Source of the DNA: an uncultured Actinomycetes bacterium
Lineage (GTDB): Bacteria > Actinomycetota > Acidimicrobiia > IMCC26256 > PALSA-610
Assembly (NCBI GenBank): GCA_963784845.1
Contig: CAWASN010000007.1
Span: forward strand, 4,022 to 68,021
Reading direction: 5' to 3'
DNA: 64,000 nucleotides
Made by a program: the position numbers and the translations under genes. Numbering within the stretch: position 1 is the stretch's first letter; every line of letters begins with the position of its first letter. Positions 9,608-18,414 of this stretch are shown here, piece by piece. The notes under the pieces are model-generated. The model was given only the letters and a program-made list of their open reading frames with translations. It had not been told where the DNA came from and made no database searches.

Positions 9608-9637
9608 CGCACCTCCCGTGATGCTTTTCGGTCTGCT

Positions 9638-9940
9638 CTAGAGAGCCATGAATGCCCTCGGACAGGGCTTGATCACGCAATCGATGATGGTCTTGGCCTC
9701 GCAGGGGATCCAGCTCTGGGGGTCACAGGTCGTTCGTCTCGGACAGCGGGCGCGGAACCCCTCGACCTCTTCCTGAGCGTCGTCGCCGGATCGCGCCGCT
9801 TCCATCGCTCGCACGAGCGCGTCGAGGGCATCACGCACTTCTGGTGTGAGTTGGTTCGTATCGGAAACGTTGATGCTGATCCGCGACGTGTCGGCACTCG
9901 GCGGTTCGACAACCCAGCCCGAACCCTCGTCGGTCGTCAT
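9638..9940 (-). CDS. RiPP precursor peptide A2 (100 aa, 5-Cys core)
   Basis: The ATG at 9940 overlaps the A1 stop (ATGA). The sequence is MTTDEGSGWVVEPPSADTSRISINVSDTNQLTPEVRDALDALVRAMEAARSGDDAQEEVEGFRARCPRRTTCDPQSWIPCEAKTIIDCVIKPCPRAFMAL. Confidence 0.8.
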   Translation of the reverse strand: MTTDEGSGWVVEPPSADTSRISINVSDTNQLTPEVRDALDALVRAMEAARSGDDAQEEVEGFRARCPRRTTCDPQSWIPCEAKTIIDCVIKPCPRAFMAL

Positions 9941-10248
9941 CCCTGCCCCAAGATGTCGTAGGTCGGACAGGGCACGACGCGGCAGTCGATGATCGACTTC
10001 GCGAAACAATTCCGAATACTGAGCGGCGAGCACGCCGTTTCCTTCGGGCAACTGAACCCCGCGGCCCGAAATCCCTCGACGTCTTGCTGTTCGGAACTCG
10101 GATATCGCTCGAGCGCTCGCACGAGCGCTTCCACCGCGGCACGCGTCTCCGGGGTCAGGTCTGCGTTCGTGACGTCGATCGAGATCTGCGCGGCGTCGTC
10201 GCCGGGAGGCTCGATCACCCAGGCCGAGCCGTCGTTCTCGTCAGTCAT
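9937..10248 (-). CDS. RiPP precursor peptide A1 (103 aa, 5-Cys core)
   Basis: A strong SD, GGGAGGAGGAACCC, directly precedes the ATG at 10248. The sequence is MTDENDGSAWVIEPPGDDAAQISIDVTNADLTPETRAAVEALVRALERYPSSEQQDVEGFRAAGFSCPKETACSPLSIRNCFAKSIIDCRVVPCPTYDILGQG. Confidence 0.8.
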   Translation of the reverse strand: MTDENDGSAWVIEPPGDDAAQISIDVTNADLTPETRAAVEALVRALERYPSSEQQDVEGFRAAGFSCPKETACSPLSIRNCFAKSIIDCRVVPCPTYDILGQG

Positions 10249-10578
10249 GGGTTCCTCCTCCCGATCACTGGTTGTTTGACGAGGGCCAGCGCTCGCGGTT
10301 ACATACCCTGGCCGCGCCGGCCCCGTCGAATCCGTCCGCTCCAGGGGACACCGAGCCACCCGGTCGTCAGCGCGCACCGGCGACAGGGGCGATCTGGCGG
10401 TTCGATTACCGTCCCGTTGCCTCCTCCGGCGCGGGAGAGATTTCGACGTTTCCGCAGTTCGGAGCCATGATTCGGATGTCGCACCGCTCGCCATGCCTGA
10501 TCGGCCTTGCCGAGAGTCGGCGATCGCGGCACCTTCACCGCGGGATTTGGTGAGGCGGTGCTGGGATGATCTTGGTGC

Positions 10579-11695
10579 ATGTTCCTTGCCCTGGGAGAGA
10601 TTCGCAAAGCTCGGTGGCGTTTTGTGCTGCTCACGGGTGCTGTCGGCTTGTTGGTCTTCCTGATCCTGTTCGTGCAGGCGCTGACGGCGGCGCTGATCGG
10701 TCAGTTCATCGGTGCGATCGATCACCAGTCGGCCGATGTGCTCGTGTATTCGCAGCAGGCGCGCAAGAACCTCGAAGGGTCGGTGGTGCCTCCCGGGACC
10801 GTTGCCCAGGTGGCTCGCGTGCGGGGGTGGCGGCGGCGGGTGCACTCGGCGAGGGGACGTTCAGCGTGCGCGCGAACGGCAAACTGCGCGACGCGGTACT
10901 TGTCGGTTACACGCCGGGCAACCCGGGCGCCCCGACCACCCTCACCGAGGGTCGCCTGCCCCAGTCGGGTTTCGAAGCGGTCGCGAGCTCGCGGAACGCG
11001 TCCGAGGGATTCGCGATCGGCGACCGCGTCCAGCTCGTACGCGGTGGCCGGGTTGTCACGATTGTCGGTCAGGCTCGTGACATCAACTACTCGGTGTTGC
11101 CGACGATGTTCACGACGTTCGATACCTATGTCGGGGCGCGCCGCGACGCCAACCCGAGCGCGACGAGCGTCTGGCCGTCGGCGGTAGCGGTCGCGGTCGC
11201 GCCGGGATCGAGCTCGGCCGGGGTCCGCGACGCCATCAACCGTTCTGTTCCCGGCGTCGAGGCGTTGACGCGTTCCCAGGCAGTGAAGGAATCGCCGGGA
11301 GTTGCGAGCGTGAGCGAATCTCTCGGCACGGTCGTGTTCCTGTGCTTCTTCGTTGTTGTGGTGGTCGCGGGCCTTTTCTTCTTGATCCTGACGGTCCAAA
11401 AGGCGGGCGCCCTGACCTTGTTGCGCGCGATTGGGATCGGTGGTGGCGCGCTGCGCGGTCGTTGCTCGTCCAGGTCGTGCTCGTGGTACTCGGCGGAGTC
11501 GTCGTGGGTGCCGCACTCACCATCGCGGCGCTCGGTGCGAGCAACGCGAGTCTCGGCGCGAGTCTGGGTGCCGCTCAACTGTTCCAGACCGGTGCCATCG
11601 TCCTCGTCCTTGCGACCGTCGCGTCGCTCGGCGCGATCCGGCGGGTTCTGCGCATCGACCCGATCCAAGCGACGATTCCCGGCGGCGTCGAATGA
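10579..11695 (+). CDS. ABC transporter permease, FtsX/MacB family (2 frameshifts)
   Basis: The N-terminal TM region MFLALGEIRKARWRFVLLTGAVGLLVFLILF is followed by an extracytoplasmic domain in the 10566.. frame. The FtsX TM bundle reads in the 11342.. frame. The stop overlaps the next start (ATGA at 11692). Confidence 0.75.
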
Positions 11696-12792
11696 TCCTC
11701 GCGTTGCGTGAGCTTCGTCGGCAGCCGCGCCGATTCATCACCGCCACCGCGGTTCTCACACTTCTTGTCGTCCTGTTGCTCTTTCTCGGCGGCCTGCTCG
11801 ATGGCCTCTACCTCGGGTCCACGGGCGCGCTCCGGGCACAACGTGCCGACGTGCTCGTGTATTCAGCCGACGCGAACGACTCCATCATCCGGTCCCGCAT
11901 CGATCCACCGACTCGCGCCCGCGTTATCCACGTGCCCGGCGTGACCGCCGTGAACGGTCTCGGCATTACCCTCACCGGCACGACCGTGCCCGGACAGCGC
12001 ACGCTCGCCGACACGGCTGTCATCGGCTACGAGATCGCGGCGAACGACGTGCCGGCACCGCTCCCCGAGGGCGAGGCGTGGGCCGACCGCCGCCTCGAGA
12101 CCTTCGGGGTGCGCGTCGGCCAAACCCTGGGCGTCGGTCCCCAGCAGGTGCCCGTGCTCGTCAAGGGCTGGGTGCACGACACGAACTACCTCCTGCAGGG
12201 CGCGCTCTGGGTAAGTCCACCGACGTGGCGGAAGGTTCAAGCGACGAGTCGACCGGACGCCGCCGTTCCGAATGACACGTTCGAAGTGCTCGTCGTTCGC
12301 GGGACGCCACCCGCGGCGCAACTCGCACGCGACATCGACGCGGCCACGAGGGGAACGACCAAGACGTTGACCAAGAACGAAGCAGTGCTCTCGTCGCCTG
12401 GCACCCGCGAACAGAAATCGACCTTCGCCGGGATCATCGACGTGACGTTCCTCGTCGTCGGTCTGGTCGTCGCGCTCTTCTTCGTCCTGCTGACCATCGA
12501 ACGCACAGCCCTCTACGGCGTGCTGAAAGCGGTCGGCGCGAAGACCTCGCGGCTGCTCGCGGGGCTGATCACCCAGGCCCTCGTTATCGGGACCGTCGCG
12601 TTCGTCGTCGGCGAGATCGTCACGCTCGGGCTCGCCGCCATCCTCCCCGCCAAGATCCCTTTGATCCTGCAATCGTCGCGAGCGACCTCTACCTACCTCG
12701 GGGTCGTCATCGCCGCCGCGCTCGGCGGCTGTATCTCGTTGCGTCGCATCGTCCGTGTCGACCCGATGACCGCCATCGGCGCGTCCAACTGA
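11692..12792 (+). CDS. ABC transporter permease, FtsX/MacB family
   Basis: Intact 366 aa from the ATG at 11692. MILALRELRRQPRRFITATAVLTLLVVLLLF is followed by a large loop and then the C-terminal FtsX helices. It is a paralogue of the preceding gene. Confidence 0.85.
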   Translation: MILALRELRRQPRRFITATAVLTLLVVLLLFLGGLLDGLYLGSTGALRAQRADVLVYSADANDSIIRSRIDPPTRARVIHVPGVTAVNGLGITLTGTTVPGQRTLADTAVIGYEIAANDVPAPLPEGEAWADRRLETFGVRVGQTLGVGPQQVPVLVKGWVHDTNYLLQGALWVSPPTWRKVQATSRPDAAVPNDTFEVLVVRGTPPAAQLARDIDAATRGTTKTLTKNEAVLSSPGTREQKSTFAGIIDVTFLVVGLVVALFFVLLTIERTALYGVLKAVGAKTSRLLAGLITQALVIGTVAFVVGEIVTLGLAAILPAKIPLILQSSRATSTYLGVVIAAALGGCISLRRIVRVDPMTAIGASN

Positions 12793-12807
12793 CCCTCAGG
12801 AGCAGCA

Positions 12808-13488
12808 ATGAGCGCGCTCACGCTCGCAAACGTCCGCAAGGTCTACCGATCCGGAGGCGAGGACGTCATCGCGCTCGATCACGCGACCCTGACCATCGGC
12901 GACGACGAGATGGTCGCACTTGTCGGACCATCCGGCTCCGGGAAGACCACCCTCATCTCGATCGCCGGCGGTCTTCTCACCCCGACCGCGGGCACGGTCG
13001 TCGTCGGGACTGAAGACATCACCGGCTACGACCCCAAGCAGCTCACCCGATTTCGCCGCGAACGCGTCGGATTCGTCTTCCAGACCGTCAACCTCGTGCC
13101 CTTCTTGACCGCACGCGAGAACCTGCTCGTCATGTCCGAGCTCACCGGCGTCGGTCGCGCCGGGCGCAAGCGGGCACGGGCCCGCGCCGATCAACTGCTC
13201 GAGGAGCTCGGCCTCACACATCGCGCCCACGGCGTTCCCGCCGAGCTCTCCGGCGGCGAACGCCAACGGGTCGCGATTGGCCGAGCACTCATGAACGAAC
13301 CGAAACTCGTCCTCTTCGACGAGCCGACCTCCGCACTCGACACCAAGCTCGGCGAACACGTGATGGAGCTCATCCGGACCGAGGTCAAAGGACGCGGGAT
13401 CGCGGCGGTGATCGTGACCCACGACACGCGTATGACGCACTACTGCGACCGCGTCGTCACGATCCTCGACGGCCAGCTCGCAGCCTGA
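12808..13488 (+). CDS. ABC transporter ATP-binding protein (MacB/LolD-like)
   Basis: Walker A GPSGSGKTT, signature LSGGERQRVAIGRAL, Walker B LVLFDEPTSALD, and H-loop VTHD. Confidence 0.92.
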   Translation: MSALTLANVRKVYRSGGEDVIALDHATLTIGDDEMVALVGPSGSGKTTLISIAGGLLTPTAGTVVVGTEDITGYDPKQLTRFRRERVGFVFQTVNLVPFLTARENLLVMSELTGVGRAGRKRARARADQLLEELGLTHRAHGVPAELSGGERQRVAIGRALMNEPKLVLFDEPTSALDTKLGEHVMELIRTEVKGRGIAAVIVTHDTRMTHYCDRVVTILDGQLAA

Positions 13489-13531
13489 CCTGAATCGCGC
13501 CCGGCAGAGAGTTACGAGAGTCGTTCCGATG

Positions 13532-14915
13532 TCAGAACTGCGGGAGCCAGCGGCTGGTGGCGCTCAGCAGCTCATCGGCCATCTGTTCGATGGTCGCGAG
13601 TCCGAGCGTGCCGGCGTGTGGGTCGAGCAGCATCGCGGCGTACACGAGGTCTCGGTCGCCGGTGAGTGCCGCTTCGACCGTCATCTCCTGCGTGGCCACG
13701 ATGCGATTCAACCATGCGGCAAGGAACGGTGGTGCGTGCACCGGCGCTCGGCCGTGCACGCCATTGCCGTCGACGACGCACATGCTCTCGGTCACCGCAT
13801 CGACTGGTAGGTCGCCGCACTGGCCGGTGTTCGGGACGTTCAGAGGGAACACTCGGGAGCGGCCGGTGACGAGAGAGTCGATCACGGGCGCCGCCATCTC
13901 CAGCGACCGGTGTCGCGGCGGCTCGGTGTCGCCGAGCCGCTTTTCGAGATCGGCCGCGTAGCGCCCATCGTGGCGCTCGCGCTCGGCGATCGTCGTGTAG
14001 TGGACGTTCCAGCGCGCGCCCCAATCGGCGTCCTGCGCAAGCATCGCCGGAAAGGCTTCGAGCGTGTGACGGTTCCCGGGCGCGACGAACACGCCGAAAC
14101 GACGGAACAGCTCGAAACCGGCGGCGTACTCTTCGACGAAGTACCGCTTCGTTGCGTGCCGAGGTATGTGTTCCTCGCCGAAGCTGCCCGGGCGTTCGTG
14201 TTCGTCGTCGCCGAGGTCGAAGCCGAGATCGAAATCGAGGTCGACCTTGCCGTCGACCACCTCACGGAGGAACGCCATGCCGTCGCGCCCGCCGCCGAGA
14301 TCGATGGCAGTGACGATCGGCACGTGATTCACGCCCGTGACCGACAGGTCGATCGCATCCCAGTCCGCGTCGGCGAGCAGCGTGAGCACGCCGCGGAAGT
14401 TCGTGACCTCATGGCACAGGCCGACAGTTCTGATGGACGTCGCCTTGGCCACCGATCGGCACAGGGCAGTCATCGGATTCGTGAGGTTCAACAGCCACGC
14501 GTCGGCGCAGACGTCCTCCATGTCACGCGCGATCCCGACGAGCACGGGGATGTTTCGCAGAGCACGATTGATGCCCCCGGGACCCATCGTGTCGCCACCC
14601 GGCTGACGGATGCCGTATCGCCACGGGATGTCGAGGTCGAGCGCCATGGACTCGAGGCCGCCGGTCGTGATGTTCACGAGCACGAAGTCCGCTCCCCGCA
14701 ACGCCTTCCGCCGATCGATGGTGGCGTGCACCGCGAACTCTGCGCCGGTGAGATCGCTCACGTGCTCCACAACCGGCGTAGTACCGCGCGAGGCGGGAAG
14801 CGTCGATGTCCTGCAGCACGACTTCGGCACCGCGCAGCGACGGTGTGAGCGCGAGGTCGGTCGTCAGCGTCGGTACCCATTGGAAGCTCCCGCCCCCGAC
14901 AATCACGATCTTCAC
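13532..14915 (-). CDS. Glycoside hydrolase family 4, second copy (one frameshift near 14790)
   Basis: The N-terminus MKIVIVGGGSFQWVP is in ORF 14523..14915(-). The rest is in ORF 13532..14830(-) with NLTNPMTAL and GLCHEV. A doubled T in GGTTGTGG breaks ...ARYYAG/VEHVSDLTG. Confidence 0.8.
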
Positions 14916-15089
14916 GAGAGCGCTCCTGTCGTCACCCGGTCATGTTGCCCGCTCCGAGTACCTCGAGCTGCATGCCGAGAAGCGCGTTCCGGATCGACGA
15001 TCCGCGGGCTTGGCCGAGGCTGCAACTCCACGCGCGGTTGCCGGCGTCGATCAGACGGACCGCCGGGCGGGCATGTCTCGCCTCTCGAG

Positions 15090-16238
15090 CTACGACCGGC
15101 CAAGGACGATCGGGCTTGCGGTCGGGAATGCGTAGCTATAGCCACCGACGACGAAACAGAATCGGCGGCTCGCACACGACGCGCTGTGCAGCAGTCCGGC
15201 GACGCCGATCTGGTGGCCGATACCCACAAGGTTTCCGCCTGCCGATGACCAGACCGAACCGTTCCACACGACAATGGCCGAGTGCTCCGCGCTGGGCGTC
15301 GGTCCGTGCAGGTCAGTGATGGCGATACAGAAGAATCGGCTCGTGCACGAGACGTCACCGAAGGTCCCGGCGAATGGGAATGCCGGTTGAGGCGTCGGAA
15401 GCGTCGTCCACGACGACCCGTTCCAACGTTCGATCCCGCCGCCGAACCCTCCACCCGACGCCATGCAGAAAGAAGCGCTCACGCATGACACGCTGCTTCC
15501 GGCGCTGCCGGGGCTTGTCGTCACGGCCCAGGTGCTCCCTTCCCACCGCTCCGCCAGGATGTGATGCCCAGACGAGGCGTCGACGTAGTCGCCGAGCGCG
15601 AGGCAGAAGCGGCGACGGGTGCACGACACGCTCGAGAGACTTGACGTGGTGCCCACTGCGGGGCTCGTAGCAATCGACCACGCCTTGCCGTTCCATGACT
15701 CGATGAGCGCCCGCGGGTTGCCGCCATACGCCGTGGAGCTGGACCCGACCGCCACGCAGGACCATCGATTCGGACACGAGACGCTGTTGAGTTGGTTGTT
15801 CGAGAAGGGCGTATTGGGTGTGGGGGGTCGCGTCCAGGTCTTGCCGTTCCATATCTCCGCGAGTGTCGAGACGGCAAACGTCGGGCTCGGGTCGTAAGGG
15901 TTGTAAGGCTCGTTGTAGCGCCCGCCGACGACGGCACAGAACCTGCGGCTCGGACACGACACCCCGCTGAGCACGGCATTCGCGACACCGAGCTGGGGAG
16001 CGAGCGACCAGCTCCGCCCGTTCCAGACCTCGGTCATGGTCGTTTCGGGCGGCGCGTACCCGACGTAGTCGCCCGCGGCGACACAGAACTTCGCGCTCGC
16101 GCACGACACCGCGTTGAACGTGCCTTCGTAGACGGTGTCCAGGGGATGCGGTGTTGTCGTCCACGCGAGGGACGACGACGCGCCTGCGGTCGCCTGCCCA
16201 ACTGCTGCAACCATGCCGAAAACGGTGAACAAGATCAT
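15090..16238 (-). CDS. Secreted repeat protein (about 7 repeats of VSC-x4-5-C ... WNG-x2-W; beta-propeller-like)
   Basis: 382-aa ORF with a hydrophobic N-terminus ending AVGQATA. It has seven tandem units of ~45-55 aa. A better signal peptide, MMVVQHHLGSRIRA.., with GGGGAGGAG upstream, starts at 16284 in another frame, so the 5' end may be frame-broken. Confidence 0.7.
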   Translation of the reverse strand: MILFTVFGMVAAVGQATAGASSSLAWTTTPHPLDTVYEGTFNAVSCASAKFCVAAGDYVGYAPPETTMTEVWNGRSWSLAPQLGVANAVLSGVSCPSRRFCAVVGGRYNEPYNPYDPSPTFAVSTLAEIWNGKTWTRPPTPNTPFSNNQLNSVSCPNRWSCVAVGSSSTAYGGNPRALIESWNGKAWSIATSPAVGTTSSLSSVSCTRRRFCLALGDYVDASSGHHILAERWEGSTWAVTTSPGSAGSSVSCVSASFCMASGGGFGGGIERWNGSSWTTLPTPQPAFPFAGTFGDVSCTSRFFCIAITDLHGPTPSAEHSAIVVWNGSVWSSAGGNLVGIGHQIGVAGLLHSASCASRRFCFVVGGYSYAFPTASPIVLGRS

Positions 16239-16382
16239 GGCCAGCGCGAATTCGCGAACCGAGGTGATGCTGTACGACCATCATCTCCTCCCCAAACACG
16301 GCCCGCGACGGTGCGGACCGCCGCACGTGCTCGCCGCGTCATCTCGACCAGCGGCTGATCCAGTCTGCCGTTTCGTCTTGCG

Positions 16383-16814
16383 TCAGTCGACCTCGACGGG
16401 CCGGTAGCGCAGCAACGTGATTCCGGCTGCGATGTGGTCGAAGACGGGTTCGACCGGCATACCGGCGTGGAGGGTGAGCGTTGCCGCGTCGACCAGGGTG
16501 GTCGAGAGGTGGGGACCTTCGGTTAGTTCCACGACGCCGAGCCATTGGGGGACGGCGTCGGCGAACATCGGTGCGGTCGGGCGTCGGGCCACGGACCACG
16601 TGAGGAGCCGGCCGTGCCCCGACACCTCGTGCCAACCGAGCTCGTCGGAGAGGCACTCGGGGCAGCGCACGCGCGGGTAGTGCACCCAAGCACCGCACGC
16701 ACCGCACCGCTGGATACGGACGCGGTCGTGCTCGAGCGCGTCCCAAAACGGTGCCGAGGTCGGAGTGGGGACCGGCCGCGGCGGGGCGAGCAACTCCGGC
16801 GGTATGTCGACCAT
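16383..16814 (-). CDS. Zn-ribbon/OB-fold protein (DUF35 family)
   Basis: 143 aa from the ATG at 16814. RCGACGAWVHYPRVRCPECLS forms a C4 zinc ribbon, followed by an OB-fold segment. It starts 2 nt after the thiolase-like stop. Confidence 0.85.
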   Translation of the reverse strand: MVDIPPELLAPPRPVPTPTSAPFWDALEHDRVRIQRCGACGAWVHYPRVRCPECLSDELGWHEVSGHGRLLTWSVARRPTAPMFADAVPQWLGVVELTEGPHLSTTLVDAATLTLHAGMPVEPVFDHIAAGITLLRYRPVEVD

Positions 16815-16816
16815 GA

Positions 16817-18019
16817 TCAGGCCCCTTGCAGGATCAACGCGGCCTGTTCGCTCATGACGCCGCCGGTTCCGGAGACGTAGGCGGTGTCGTGGGCCGCGAG
16901 TTGGCGGTCGCCGGCGCGCGCCTGGATTTGGCGGACGGCTTCCACGACGTGCGACATGCCGCCGGCGAGTCTCGACTGGCCGCAACCGAGTTGGCCGCCG
17001 TGTGTGTTGCACGGGAAGTCACCGTGATACGACAGGTCGTGCTCGCGCACGAACTGCATCCCTTCACCTTTGCCACAGAATCCGGAATCCTCGATCGACA
17101 GCAGTGCAGTGATCGAGTAGCAGTCGTAGAGCTGCACCATGTCGACGTCGCTGCGACCAATACGGGCCATCGAGAACGCACGGTCGGCGGCCGGACCGAT
17201 GGGCGTGCGGGTGAGGTCAGGTGTGTACGTCGGCGTCTTGTGCATGATGTGCTCACCGAAGCCGGTCACGAATGCGCAGCGGTGTCGGCATCTCGCGGCG
17301 CGCTCGCGAGAAGCCAGGACGATGGCGGCGCCACCGTGACACGGCATCACGATCTCGAACAGACGTAAAGGATCGGAGATCATGGGCGAGGCCAAGACGT
17401 CGTCGATCGTGACGGGCTTGCCGCAGAACACCGCATTCGGATTCACCGCGGCGCTGACGCGCTGGTCGGCGACGATCTTGGCACGGGCGCGCTCGTCCCA
17501 GCCGTACGTCTCGTGGTAGCGCATCGCGTACCCGGCGAATCCGCCATTCTGCGCGAGGTGCCCATAGGGGATCTCGAACTCGGCCTGCGGCGAGCCATAC
17601 GCATTGCTGGACGCGCCGTAAAGGATCCGCGGGTCGAACGGCGGCGGTCCCGGAGGTCGTGGCGATGCGTGTGCCGGTGCCACGATCACCACGACGTTGC
17701 ACAACCCGAGCTCGATCGCGGCGGCCGCCCGCCAGACGCCGCCGACAGGTCCGGCACCGCCAAGATCGACTCGCTCGGCGAGGTTGACGCGCCAACCGCA
17801 ATACTCGGCGATCGTGGCCGGCACGAAGTGCTCGGCCTCCATGATGTCGCCACCGCACACGATCCCGTCGACCTCACGGGCTTCGATGCCGGCGTCGTCG
17901 AGGGCCGCCGCGGCCAGATCAGCCCACTGTTCGATCGTGAACCTCGGAATGCCGCGAAAGCGCCGCTCCGAAGGCCGTTCGGTGAAGCCGACGATCGCCG
18001 CATCGCCCCGTAGCCCCAT
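16817..18019 (-). CDS. Thiolase-like protein (SCP-x/lipid-transfer-protein type)
   Basis: Intact 400 aa. It shows thiolase-fold conservation (GGAGPVGG, YDCYSIT, NTHGGQLG), and GAAGGAG precedes the ATG at 18019. It is paired with the DUF35 gene. Confidence 0.85.
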   Translation of the reverse strand: MGLRGDAAIVGFTERPSERRFRGIPRFTIEQWADLAAAALDDAGIEAREVDGIVCGGDIMEAEHFVPATIAEYCGWRVNLAERVDLGGAGPVGGVWRAAAAIELGLCNVVVIVAPAHASPRPPGPPPFDPRILYGASSNAYGSPQAEFEIPYGHLAQNGGFAGYAMRYHETYGWDERARAKIVADQRVSAAVNPNAVFCGKPVTIDDVLASPMISDPLRLFEIVMPCHGGAAIVLASRERAARCRHRCAFVTGFGEHIMHKTPTYTPDLTRTPIGPAADRAFSMARIGRSDVDMVQLYDCYSITALLSIEDSGFCGKGEGMQFVREHDLSYHGDFPCNTHGGQLGCGQSRLAGGMSHVVEAVRQIQARAGDRQLAAHDTAYVSGTGGVMSEQAALILQGA

Positions 18020-18414
18020 AGCCGTCGTGCGCTCCTTCGCCCCAACATCACCGGTTCTGACTCCGACCGATCGGGCCGGTGCAGTGACGGTCTACCCGCG
18101 TGAGCTGACCCTGGCGCGTTACTGCTACGCGCGGTCCGATGGTCATTGTCGGCCCTCGGGCAGCTTCGGTATGCTCGTACTCATCCGCGGGGCGGCGCTA
18201 CTCGGGCGTGGCCGGGGCGGAGTCGTTGGGAGGACGAGTTCATGCAGGAAGCACCGAAGTACACCGCTCCGGCGGTCGAGTTCGCGAGAAGGTCGCCGGT
18301 CTGCTCGGCAGGCAGCGCGGCAGCTACTGCCCGCCCGGTACCGGGGGGTAGTCGAGCGTTACGCCCGCGTCGGCGACGGCCGAGCTTCGGCACCCTGCAC
18401 GGGCAACACGAAAT

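Noticed and set aside
15355-16326. 323-aa ORF overlapping the repeat-protein gene in another frame
   Set aside because: It is an Arg-rich alternative reading of the same DNA. Only its first ~15 codons (MMVVQHHLGSRIRA.. after GGGGAGGAG) look real, and these probably represent the true, frame-shifted signal-peptide start of the repeat protein.
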